Origin: Bacillota bacterium
GTDB taxonomy: Bacteria > Bacillota > Proteinivoracia > UBA4975
Assembly (NCBI GenBank): GCA_012523545.1
Contig: JAAYIH010000009.1
Location: forward strand, 1,248-65,247
Reading direction: 5' to 3'
Length of the DNA: 64,000 nt
Below the pieces are notes generated by a model. The model was given only the letters and a program-made list of their open reading frames with translations. It was not told the origin of the DNA and did no database searches. Both the position numbers and the translations under genes were made by a program. Position 1 is the first letter of the stretch, and every line of letters begins with the position of its first letter. Below, piece after piece: positions 10,192 through 20,872 of the stretch.

Positions 10192-11610
10192 TTAGTGCGC
10201 AATGAAGTGAAGCAGGGAAGCCAAAGCCAGGATGTACACCAGCCAGTGCACTTCCTTGCCCTTGCCGGAAACCAGTTTGACAATGGGGTAGGAGATGAAG
10301 CCGGCGGCAATCCCGCTGGCGATGCTGTAGGCAAAGGGCATGAAGACGATGGTCAAAAAAGCGGGGAAAGCTTCGGTGAAGTCCTCGAAATTGATGCCGG
10401 TGACAGCGCCCATCATCAGCACGCCGACGATGATCAGGGCGGGGGCGGTGGCTGCACTGGGCACCATGCCGGCCAGGGGGGTAAAGAACAGGGCCAGCAG
10501 GAAGAGAATACCTACTACCACCGCCGTCAGGCCGGTACGGCCGCCCTCGGACACCCCGGCGGTGCTCTCCACGTAGGTGGTGACGGTGGAAGTGCCCAGC
10601 AAGCCGCCAAAGACAGTACCGACGGCGTCGACCATCATGATTTGCTTAATCTTGGGCAGGCGGCCCTTTTCATCCAGGTAGCCGGCCCGGGCGCCGGTGC
10701 CCAGCACGGTGCCCATGGTGTCAAAAAGGTCGACGAAGCCCAGGCTGAAAATGGTGATAAAGCCCAGCTTCAAGGCAGCGGCCAAATCAAACTTGAAGGC
10801 AATTTCGCCCAGGGCCTTGAAGTTGCTGGCTATGTCGAGGCTGATGAAGCTCTTCAACCCTGTGGGAATGCTGGTTACAGTGACGGCAACGTCCTCAGCC
10901 AGGCCGTATGCTTCTGGACCCACTCCCCAAAACCAGCCAATGAAGGGGGCGCCGGCAGCATATGCGGCGGCGCTGGGGAAGAACCAGCCCAGGACTGTGG
11001 TGATCAGGATGCCCAGCAAGATGGCGCCGCGGACCCGGGCGGCCATGAGGATAGCGGTGATAATCAAGCCCAACACGGCCAGGAAAACCGGAGGCGAAGC
11101 GATGTCGCCCAGGCTGACAATTGTCCCTTGTCCCTGGACGATGATACCGGCGTTGGAGAAGCCGATGAGGGCGATGAAAAGACCAATACCGGCAGCCACG
11201 GCTTTCTTCAGGGAGGCGGGCACCGCCGCGTCAATCCAGTCAATGGCTCCGGTAATTGCCAGGATAAAGAAGACGGTACCGGAAATGACCACAGCGCCCA
11301 GGGCGGCCTGCCAGGAAGCGCCGAGGTCGAGAACTACCGAAAAAGCAAAAAAGGCGTTGAGGCCCATGCCGCTGGCCAGGGCAAAGGGATAGTTGGTTAC
11401 CAGACCCATGAGGATGGTGGTCACGGCCGCGGACAAAATGGTTGCCGTCATGATGGCGGTAAAAGCGTTGGGCGTGTCAATGGCAGCGGAGAGAATGTCG
11501 GGGTTGACAAAAATGATATAGGCCATGGTCATAAAAGTAGTAATGCCGGCGACAATCTCGGTGCGCACTTTCGTGCCGTGTTCCTTGAGCTTAAAAAGCT
11601 TCTCGAACAT
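10192..11610 (-). CDS. pbuG: NCS2/AzgA-family guanine/hypoxanthine permease
   Basis: TEIVAGITTFMTMAYIIFVNP, GMGLNAFF, FDTMGT, YVESTAGVSEGGRTGLTA; preceded by a guanine riboswitch. Confidence 0.9.
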   Translation of the reverse strand: MFEKLFKLKEHGTKVRTEIVAGITTFMTMAYIIFVNPDILSAAIDTPNAFTAIMTATILSAAVTTILMGLVTNYPFALASGMGLNAFFAFSVVLDLGASWQAALGAVVISGTVFFILAITGAIDWIDAAVPASLKKAVAAGIGLFIALIGFSNAGIIVQGQGTIVSLGDIASPPVFLAVLGLIITAILMAARVRGAILLGILITTVLGWFFPSAAAYAAGAPFIGWFWGVGPEAYGLAEDVAVTVTSIPTGLKSFISLDIASNFKALGEIAFKFDLAAALKLGFITIFSLGFVDLFDTMGTVLGTGARAGYLDEKGRLPKIKQIMMVDAVGTVFGGLLGTSTVTTYVESTAGVSEGGRTGLTAVVVGILFLLALFFTPLAGMVPSAATAPALIIVGVLMMGAVTGINFEDFTEAFPAFLTIVFMPFAYSIASGIAAGFISYPIVKLVSGKGKEVHWLVYILALASLLHFIAH

Positions 11611-11639
11611 TCAAGTCCCTCCTGTTATAGAGATGGTAT

Positions 11640-11688
11640 ATAAAAAATCCAGGTGCAGGTCGACAACGACAACCTACCCCTGGATTTC
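11640..11688 (-). terminator. Leader terminator of the pbuG riboswitch
   Basis: AATCCAGGGGTAGGTTG..CGACCTGCACCTGGATT then a T run. Confidence 0.65.
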
Positions 11689-11744
11689 TGCCCACGCCCA
11701 ACTGAGCCCATACCGCCCGGGCATGGAAAAAACAAAAGGGTAAG

Positions 11745-11816
11745 TCCTCGTAGTCAGACAATTTACGGTTGTCTGGTAGAGACTTTCGGGCCATATTCCC
11801 GAAATTATACGAGAAC
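11745..11816 (-). ncRNA. Purine (guanine) riboswitch aptamer
   Basis: UUCUCGUAUAAUUUCGGGAAUAUGGCCCGAAAGUCUCUACCAGACAACCGUAAAUUGUCUGACUACGAGGA. Confidence 0.95.
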
Positions 11817-11845
11817 GCATTTTTGAATTTGGAACCACGTGACTA

Positions 11846-11874
11846 ATCATAGACCATTGCAACCAAATGGTCAA
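11846..11874 (-). promoter_or_regulatory. SigA-type promoter of pbuG
   Basis: TTGACC-N17-TATGAT. Confidence 0.75.
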
Positions 11875-12015
11875 GCCCTTGCAAGAAAAAATCAGTCACG
11901 CTTGTCCTGAAAAAGGATTCGACAATGTGCGCCCAAAGTCCTCCAGACAACGCCGTGGTTTAGTTGTCCTCTGTATTATGCACTGGGCGCTGTCTTTTTA
12001 TATAAGCGACATCCC

Positions 12016-12052
12016 CAAAACGCCACTGGGGCGGTCCCCAATGGCTGGTTTT
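12016..12052 (-). terminator. Probable terminator after guaA
   Basis: GCCATTGGGG-ACCG-CCCCAGTGGC hairpin followed by GTTTT. Confidence 0.55.
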
Positions 12053-12055
12053 GTA

Positions 12056-13579
12056 TTACTCCCACTCGATGGTTCCCGGGGGCTTGGCGGTGATGTCGTA
12101 CACCACCCGGTTGACCTGGTCCACTTCCCTGACGATGCGGGCGGAGATGCGCTCCAGGACCTCCCAGGGCAGCCTGGCCCAGGCGGCGGTCATGGCGTCG
12201 GTGCTGGTGACGGCCCTGACGGCCACCAGTTCGCGGTAAGTGCGCCGGCCGCCGGCGACACCGACGCTGCGCACCCCGGGCAGAACGGCAAAGTACTGCC
12301 AGAGCTGGCGGTCCAGGCCTGCAGCAGCAATTTCTTCCCGCACTATGGCGTCGGCCTCCCGGAGGATGGCCAGGCGTTCTTCCGTCACTTCCCCCACAAC
12401 CCGTACGGCCAGGCCGGGACCGGGGAAGGGCTGGCGCCACACAATGGCATCGGGCAGGCCCAGCAGGGCGCCTACTTGCCGGACTTCGTCCTTAAAGAGC
12501 TCCCGCACCGGCTCGCACAGTTCAAACTTCATATCTGCCGGAAGCCCCCCTACATTGTGGTGGCTTTTTATCGTTTCGGCGCTGTCGCTGCCGCTCTCGA
12601 TGACGTCGGGATAGACGGTGCCCTGGACGAGGAACCTGGCTTCGCCCAGTTGCCGGGCGGCGGCTTCAAACTCCCGGATAAACTGGTCCCCAATGGCTTT
12701 GCGCTTGGCTTCGGGATCGGTTATGCCCCTGAGGCGTTGCAGGAATCTTTGCTGGGCGTCGATCTTTACCACTCTGATGCCCCTGTCTGCAAAGGCAGCC
12801 ATTACCTCCCGGGCTTCGTTTTTGCGGAGCAGGCCGTGGTCTACAAAGAAGCAGGTGAGCTGGTCGCCCACAGCCTTGTGGACCAGCGCAGCGGCCACCG
12901 CAGAATCCACGCCGCCGCTGAGGCCGCAGATTACCTTCTCCCCGCCGATTTGTCTTTGCACTGCTGTTACAGTCTCTTCCATGTAATCTGCCATGGACCA
13001 GTTGGGCGCAATGCCGCAGATGCGCAGGAGAAAATTGGCCAGTATCTCCCTGCCCTGGGCGGTTTGGAAAACTTCGGGGTGGAACTGGACGCCGTACTGC
13101 TTCTTTGCCGGGTGCGCTATGGCTGCCGCCGGGACGGCCCGGGTTGCGGCTATAACCTTAAATCCTGCCGGGACTTCGGCCATATTGCTGCCGGGGCACA
13201 AGCGAATCTGCAGGGGGCGCGTAATCCCGCTAAAGAGGGGATCGTCCTCCATGTCCACCGTTTCCTCCCCGGCCTCCCCTGCGTTGCCCCGCTCTGTCTT
13301 GCCCCCCGCCAACTGGACCATGAGCTGCATGCCCGCGCCTATGCCGAGCATGGGCCAGCCCCTGGCCAAAATTTCCGGGGACAGGGCGCCCTGCCCGGGA
13401 CCGGGCGCGCCGGCGGAGTCGCCGCACAGGACCAGAGCCAGGGGATTACAGGCTTCTATCTCCTGTACGGGGGTGCTCCAGGGCAATATTACCGACCATA
13501 TCTTCAGTTCGCGGATGCTCCGGGCCAGCAGCCGGCTGTGCTGCCCGCCGCAGTCGATGATGACAACAGGTCTTTTCAC
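12056..13579 (-). CDS. guaA: GMP synthase with intact synthetase domain and degenerate glutaminase domain
   Basis: SGGVDS, IKSHHNVGG, PFPGPGL, KPPGTIEWE and QFHPEV intact; nucleophile elbow reads LGIGAGMQ; GTG 13579 after GAGGTGG. Confidence 0.95.
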   Translation of the reverse strand: MKRPVVIIDCGGQHSRLLARSIRELKIWSVILPWSTPVQEIEACNPLALVLCGDSAGAPGPGQGALSPEILARGWPMLGIGAGMQLMVQLAGGKTERGNAGEAGEETVDMEDDPLFSGITRPLQIRLCPGSNMAEVPAGFKVIAATRAVPAAAIAHPAKKQYGVQFHPEVFQTAQGREILANFLLRICGIAPNWSMADYMEETVTAVQRQIGGEKVICGLSGGVDSAVAAALVHKAVGDQLTCFFVDHGLLRKNEAREVMAAFADRGIRVVKIDAQQRFLQRLRGITDPEAKRKAIGDQFIREFEAAARQLGEARFLVQGTVYPDVIESGSDSAETIKSHHNVGGLPADMKFELCEPVRELFKDEVRQVGALLGLPDAIVWRQPFPGPGLAVRVVGEVTEERLAILREADAIVREEIAAAGLDRQLWQYFAVLPGVRSVGVAGGRRTYRELVAVRAVTSTDAMTAAWARLPWEVLERISARIVREVDQVNRVVYDITAKPPGTIEWE

Positions 13580-13622
13580 AGGCTCCACCTCGCTGAAAAA
13601 GTCCGCAGGCTTCTTTTTGTCA

Positions 13623-13651
13623 ATAATACTCCTTGGCAAAGAAGTTGGCAA
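13623..13651 (-). promoter_or_regulatory. Putative SigA promoter of guaA
   Basis: TTGCCA-N17-TATTAT. Confidence 0.55.
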
Positions 13652-13886
13652 ATCCTGCGCAAAAAATTTCGCCCTTAGTGTTCCCCGTGCAGGCAAAAAC
13701 CCGGCCCTTTAAGGCCGCTGTATTCCTTGCCTCGGATATCCACCAAAAACGCATAGTATGCGGCGTATGCGGCCAAGCCGTGCGCATTTACAGCAAAAGA
13801 CGGCTTCCGGGCAGTGCCGGTCGCCGTCTTTTTGGGTATTCTGCAGGGGCTGCGGCGCAGTCTCCATTGGAAGTTTTCAGCTGCGC

Positions 13887-14828
13887 TTAACGGGTGGGTA
13901 CGGGAACGGTGTTTACCAGTTTGGCGATGATGGCCTGGGTGCTGACGCCCCTGAGTTTGTCCTCGGGGGTGAGCAGAACCCGATGGGCCAGGACCGGAAC
14001 GGCCAGTTCCTTTATGTCGTCGGGGATGACGTATTGTCTGCCCCGCAGCCAGGCCAGGGCTTTGGCGGCCCGGGCCAGGCCCAGGGAGCCCCGGGGACTG
14101 GCGCCCAGGTACAGGGCGGAGATGTCGCGGGTGCGGCTGCACAGTTCTATGATATAACGCACCATATTGTCTTCCAGCTTGACCTGGGCTGCCGCCTCCT
14201 GGGCAGCCAGCAGTTCGGAAGCGGTTATGACTTGTTCAATGGTCTCCAGGGGGTGGTGTCCGAATTCCTGGGTGCGTATGATTTGCCCCTCCGTCGCCGC
14301 GTCGGGATAACCAATCTCCAGGCGCAACAGGAACCGGTCCAGCTGGGCTTCGGGCAGGGGGAAGGTTCCCTCGTACTCGATGGGGTTCTGGGTGGCAAAG
14401 ACCATAAAGGGCTTGGGCAGCGGCCGGGTCACGCCGTCTACGGTGACCTGGCCCTCCTCCATGGCTTCCAGGAGACTGGATTGGGTTTTGGGAGAAGTGC
14501 GGTTGATCTCGTCGGCCAGGACGATGTTGGCCATTACCGGGCCGGGGCGATACTGGAATTCCATGGTTTGCTGATTGTATACGGTGACCCCCACCACATC
14601 GGACGGCAGCAAATCCGGAGTGAACTGGATGCGGCTGTACTTGCTGCCCATGGACTTGGCCAGGGCCTTGACCAGCATGGTCTTGCCCAGCCCGGGGACA
14701 TCCTCCACCAGGACGTGACCTTGGCAAAGCAGGGCCACCGCCACCATTTCCACAACCCGGGCTTTGCCCAGCAATACTTTGTTCAGATTATCCAACAGGG
14801 CTTGAATTTTTTCCGTTGACAATGACAA
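13887..14828 (-). CDS. MoxR-family AAA+ ATPase
   Basis: EDVPGLGKT, RIQFTPDLLPSD, LADEINR, ATQNPIEYEGTFPLPEAQLDRF. Confidence 0.93.
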   Translation of the reverse strand: MSLSTEKIQALLDNLNKVLLGKARVVEMVAVALLCQGHVLVEDVPGLGKTMLVKALAKSMGSKYSRIQFTPDLLPSDVVGVTVYNQQTMEFQYRPGPVMANIVLADEINRTSPKTQSSLLEAMEEGQVTVDGVTRPLPKPFMVFATQNPIEYEGTFPLPEAQLDRFLLRLEIGYPDAATEGQIIRTQEFGHHPLETIEQVITASELLAAQEAAAQVKLEDNMVRYIIELCSRTRDISALYLGASPRGSLGLARAAKALAWLRGRQYVIPDDIKELAVPVLAHRVLLTPEDKLRGVSTQAIIAKLVNTVPVPTR

Positions 14829-14852
14829 TACCCCTTTCTGCAGTTAAATCGG

Positions 14853-16940
14853 TTATCTGCGGCGGCGGTTGGCCAGGCGGTGCCAGAGCAACCGCAACAG
14901 CGAATAGTGCTTTTTCGCTTGAGCAGGCGGCTGGACGTCTGCAATGCCGCCGTACACCGCAGCTTCCAGACTGTCAACCATTTCCGCAAAAACCGGCTTC
15001 ATCGGCAATTCCTCTACACGGTTTACGTGTTCCCGCGGAGTCTCCCAGGGTTGGCGCTGCCAGCCAAAGAGGCGGAGCCGACGCTGGATTTTTTCATACA
15101 GGGCGGCGACGCTGATCTTGCGCCATTTGTGCCACAGTATGGCCGCCGCGGCAAGCACTGCCAGCAGAACGGCCCCTGCTGTCGCCAGAATCCCCGGCCA
15201 GACGGCTCTTTCGGGTTCCGGCTCTTCCTCCTCGCCGGGGAGTTGTGGCGTAGCAGGCTCCTGGCCGGGATCGGGTTCGGGGTCGACACCGGGCTCCTGG
15301 GGCTCCTGAGGTTCGCCGGGGTCGGGCTCACCCGGGGAACCGCCGGGATAGACCCGAGGCAACGTCTGCCCGGGAGTAGCCTCAAAGGGCACCCAGCCGT
15401 AATCGTCAAACCACACTTCGGCCCAGGCATGGGCGTGGCGGTTCTGGATTACGTAACCGCCATCCTGCCGGGTACCGGAGCTGTAGCCTATGACCCAGCG
15501 GCTGGGCAAACCCACCGCCCGGGCCATAACCACAAAGGCCGAGGAAAAGTGCACACAGTATCCTTCTTTCTGCTCAAACAAGAACCAGTCGACAAAGTCA
15601 GCTCCCGACGGCGGGTACTTGGTGTCCAGGGTGTACTGCCATTCCCCTCTGCGCAACGCCTCGGCCAGGGCCATGGCCTTGTCATAGCCGTTGTCGGCAC
15701 CGCCGGTAATGTTGCGGGCCAGCTCTCTCACCCGATTTGGTATGTTTGGCGGCAGGCGCAGGTAAATGCGGTCGGCCTGGGCATGGCCCAAACTGCGGAG
15801 CAGTTCGGGGTCGTCGTACGGCAATACGGCCTCCATGACGTAAGTATCGCCTTCCTTTAAGCGTGAGGCGGTCAAGAAGGTGTAGTCCATGTAGGCGTAC
15901 ATGGTATTCACCGCCACGGGCAAATAGGTTGCGTAGCGCACCCCCGGTCCGAGCTGCAAGCTGCGGATAAAACGGGGAACGAACAAGGTATTGATGCCGT
16001 GCTCGCCCATGGCGGTTACGGTAACGGTTACCTCCCGCCCCTGGAGGTGCTGGGGCCCAAAAACCGGAACGGGCTCCAGGGTTTTTTGCGCAGCCGTCCA
16101 GACCTGACTGTGTCCGATATATGTCACCCGGTAATCGCCGCGCAGGTAAACGGGCACCGGGGATTGCACAAAGAGCACCGGCTCGCTGTCTTCCCGCAAG
16201 GGTCCTCCCAGCCTGCTGGCTTCGCTGTACCGGCTATAGCCGACGCGGGCAGGACCGCCCTCCCTGGGTCCCGGCCACTCCCATCCCAGCAGGTTTTCCC
16301 ACCATGCCTCCTCAAGGAAATTGCCTGCGGGCAGCGCCCAGGCCACGGCAGTCATTAGCGCCACCAGCACCAGCAGGCTGCTCAGCCAGCGGTGGAGAGG
16401 AAAGAATGTGTCCCACTGGACCCGGGAAGTTGCCATTGCCGCCAGCCCCAGCACCGTATACAGGCTGACGGACCAAAAGGCGTTCTTTCCCGCCCATAAA
16501 TTTACAGTTGCCAAAAGCGCCGCGCCGAAACCCAGCAACACCAGAACGCCCCGGCCGCGGCGAACCAAGACTTTGTAAACCGTTTGGGCGGCAATCACGC
16601 CCAACAGAGACAGGGTTGTGGATGTCAGCGTCAGCACAGTCATGTCGCTGGCACTGATGCCGGCCAAATCGGCGGCAATCTCTCTGACCAGCATGTTCAG
16701 CCAGTTGAGCTCGAAGATACTGCCGGCAAAGAAACTGCGGTGGATTATTACCAGGGCAATGAACACCTTGGCCACCCACGCCTGGCGCGGGATGGCCAGG
16801 TCGGCAACCAGGAACAATACCAGTGCCGCACCCAAAAGGTCCACATTGATAAATTTCATCGCCGCATTGAGTCCAAAAATCAGGGGCAGCAACCACAGCC
16901 AGCTCAAAAAAGCAAGGAAAAGCCTGCGTCCCCTCTGCAT
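14853..16940 (-). CDS. Membrane transglutaminase-like (TgpA/YebA-like) protein
   Basis: N-terminal TM helices; GYCVHFSSA, HAWAEV, WVPFEATP; Pro/Glu linker and C-terminal TM. Confidence 0.88.
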   Translation of the reverse strand: MQRGRRLFLAFLSWLWLLPLIFGLNAAMKFINVDLLGAALVLFLVADLAIPRQAWVAKVFIALVIIHRSFFAGSIFELNWLNMLVREIAADLAGISASDMTVLTLTSTTLSLLGVIAAQTVYKVLVRRGRGVLVLLGFGAALLATVNLWAGKNAFWSVSLYTVLGLAAMATSRVQWDTFFPLHRWLSSLLVLVALMTAVAWALPAGNFLEEAWWENLLGWEWPGPREGGPARVGYSRYSEASRLGGPLREDSEPVLFVQSPVPVYLRGDYRVTYIGHSQVWTAAQKTLEPVPVFGPQHLQGREVTVTVTAMGEHGINTLFVPRFIRSLQLGPGVRYATYLPVAVNTMYAYMDYTFLTASRLKEGDTYVMEAVLPYDDPELLRSLGHAQADRIYLRLPPNIPNRVRELARNITGGADNGYDKAMALAEALRRGEWQYTLDTKYPPSGADFVDWFLFEQKEGYCVHFSSAFVVMARAVGLPSRWVIGYSSGTRQDGGYVIQNRHAHAWAEVWFDDYGWVPFEATPGQTLPRVYPGGSPGEPDPGEPQEPQEPGVDPEPDPGQEPATPQLPGEEEEPEPERAVWPGILATAGAVLLAVLAAAAILWHKWRKISVAALYEKIQRRLRLFGWQRQPWETPREHVNRVEELPMKPVFAEMVDSLEAAVYGGIADVQPPAQAKKHYSLLRLLWHRLANRRRR

Positions 16941-18130
16941 TACAGCACCTCCCCAGTGCGATGCAGACTGAGATCATCTGCTTTGGCGATATTGACAACG
17001 CTGACGCCGGGGCCGGACCAGGGGCGGCTGGGCTTGCCGGCGCCCACCTGGATGACGGTGACGGCGTTGCCCCGGCCCGAAATGCGGTACATAATCTCGC
17101 CGATGCTTTGCCCCTGCTTGGCGGTGACAATTACGATGTTGCTGTTATGCAGGGCCAAATCCCTGTACAGGGCCTGACTGTACAGCACCTTGCCGGTCGG
17201 AGCAATGCCGGCCAAATGCAAAAGCAAGTAGAAATACTCGGCCCGGTTGGAAACCCGCAGGCTTCCGCTGTGTTCGCTGAAATTGCTGTAGAAGCGGACG
17301 GGGATTCTCTGCAGCAGGGCGGCCTTGACCAAAGACGCCGCCACCGAGACGGCTTCCTCAAAGTCGGGGCCGCCTTCCCGCCCCCAGGCCTCGGCGGAGC
17401 AGTCCAGAACCACCAACGAAGAGCTCATCATGAGCGGGTCAAACTCTTTGCTGTGGAGCTCATTGGTTTTGGCCGTGGCCTTCCAGTGGATGAGACTGAG
17501 CCGGTCACCCGGCTTGTATTCCCGCACCCCCGCCAGCTGGATTTCACCCTGGTTGACGGCTTTTCTTGCCACCGTCCCCTCCAGCCTGCGGGGGAAGAAG
17601 CTGAAAGCGTTCAGCGGCACCGTCCGGGGGTATACCACCAGCTTGTCATCTGTCCAAATTTGGTTCTCATAGGTCACCATGCCAAAAGGATCTCCCGATT
17701 GGACAAAGACCGATCTCCAGTAGAAAATGCCCCGGGGAAGCTGGCGCAGGCTGTAAGTGACATAACGGGCCCCTCCGCGCCAGGCCCAAACCATGTTGCC
17801 GCCCGGACGGCCCATAACCTTGTCTGCCAGGTCCGCCGGCACGTTGTCCCTGACCCCCAGCCACGGCCAGGGCAAGTAGCTGCTGACTTTTGCCACGAGC
17901 ATTACCCGTACTTCCGATCCTGCTTCCAATATCTGTTGCCGGGTGCGAAACGTCCTGACAATTTCTATGCCCCGCCAATCCCGCCACTTGTACACCAGGA
18001 TTAAGACAGCGCAAAGCAGGCTGAGATAGGTCAGAAACCACAGCACCGGTTCCTGCAGCCAGGCGGCATAGGCAAGGGCTGCCCCGGCAAAGACCGGCAG
18101 AATCCAGAATTCGTAACGCAACTTGGTCAA
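16940..18130 (-). CDS. DUF58 family protein
   Basis: GDPFG, VVYP, VREYKPGD..IHWKATAK; TTG 18130 after a G-rich RBS. Confidence 0.88.
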   Translation of the reverse strand: MTKLRYEFWILPVFAGAALAYAAWLQEPVLWFLTYLSLLCAVLILVYKWRDWRGIEIVRTFRTRQQILEAGSEVRVMLVAKVSSYLPWPWLGVRDNVPADLADKVMGRPGGNMVWAWRGGARYVTYSLRQLPRGIFYWRSVFVQSGDPFGMVTYENQIWTDDKLVVYPRTVPLNAFSFFPRRLEGTVARKAVNQGEIQLAGVREYKPGDRLSLIHWKATAKTNELHSKEFDPLMMSSSLVVLDCSAEAWGREGGPDFEEAVSVAASLVKAALLQRIPVRFYSNFSEHSGSLRVSNRAEYFYLLLHLAGIAPTGKVLYSQALYRDLALHNSNIVIVTAKQGQSIGEIMYRISGRGNAVTVIQVGAGKPSRPWSGPGVSVVNIAKADDLSLHRTGEVL

Positions 18131-18237
18131 TAGCAGTCCCCCCAGGGAACATTTTATCAATTTTATATATTCTCTTTCCCCGCGCCGAAAGCCTTCCGCC
18201 AGTGCAAATTTTACCCAACTGTAACTTTTTGGGAATA

Positions 18238-18272
18238 AAGAAAAATGCCCCTGGTTGCACCAGGGACATTCT
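18238..18272 (-). terminator. Terminator after groEL
   Basis: AATGTCCCTGGT..ACCAGGGGCATT then T-rich tail. Confidence 0.7.
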
Positions 18273-18274
18273 TT

Positions 18275-20208
<1,934 letters not shown>

Positions 20209-20238
20209 CGGATATACCTCCTTTTTGGTTTTGTATTA

Positions 20239-20265
20239 TTAGCACTCGTCGGTGGCGAGTGCTAA
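20239..20265. promoter_or_regulatory. CIRCE element (HrcA operator)
   Basis: Perfect TTAGCACTC-N9-GAGTGCTAA upstream of groES. Confidence 0.97.
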
Positions 20266-20276
20266 TCGCAAGTATA

Positions 20277-20305
20277 ATTTTACGTTTACCCCCGGCACGA
20301 GGCAA
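20277..20305 (-). promoter_or_regulatory. Putative groESL promoter
   Basis: TTGCCT-N17-TAAAAT just upstream of CIRCE. Confidence 0.6.
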
Positions 20306-20430
20306 GAGTCAAATTCCCCAAATTCCCGCGATTAGCCGGAAATATCTGCCCCGTTCTCCCAATTTCTCATAAATATGGCTTCTTCTATCTCAAATTTCCT
20401 ACCATACCAGTATAACCCTGGGCTGTGCGT

Positions 20431-20871
20431 TTATTCAAACCGCCTGGACACTGGGGACGGTTCTTTTTGTCCAGTCCACGCGGGGCAAGAAGAAGCCCTG
20501 GACAAAAAGAACCGTCCCCGGTGTCCGGCCCAGGTGGCCATGGCGCAGATGGCGGCGATGGTGCCCCCCTTGCCGCCAACGCCGCTAAAGGCGCCGGCAG
20601 AAGCCGTGAAGAGCGCGGCGGCCAGGACCAGGGCAACCATGACGTGGCCCAGGCTCTTCAGGCGGCTTGGCGACGACATGCCGATGTAGGAAGCGCAGGC
20701 CGCCATGGGCGCCAGGGAAGCGCCCTGGGGAAACAGGGCCGGCAGCACCAGCCCGGCGGTGAGGGTGACCACCGCCGAGGACAGCACCGCACCCCGTTGC
20801 AGGCGGCAGTTGAGCAGCCAGGTCAGCAGCCCCGCCCCCAGCGAGACCAGCAGCGTCGGGATGAAGTCCAT
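20431..20871 (-). CDS. Small membrane protein of unknown function (paralog B)
   Basis: ATG 20871 after GGAGG; hydrophobic; CASYIGMSS and GVGGKGGTIA motifs. Confidence 0.75.
   Translation of the reverse strand: MDFIPTLLVSLGAGLLTWLLNCRLQRGAVLSSAVVTLTAGLVLPALFPQGASLAPMAACASYIGMSSPSRLKSLGHVMVALVLAAALFTASAGAFSGVGGKGGTIAAICAMATWAGHRGRFFLSRASSCPAWTGQKEPSPVSRRFE
20446..20526. repeat. REP/REPIN-like inverted repeat pair
   Basis: 29-bp arms GGACACTGGGGACGGTTCTTTTTGTCCAG and CTGGACAAAAAGAACCGTCCCCGGTGTCC, 1 mismatch, 23-nt spacer. Confidence 0.75.
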
Positions 20872-20872
20872 C

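Noticed and set aside
13580-13886. Purine riboswitch upstream of guaA
   Set aside because: No UAUAAU..UCUACC..CCGUAAA..GACUA pattern; the putative promoter leaves only a short leader
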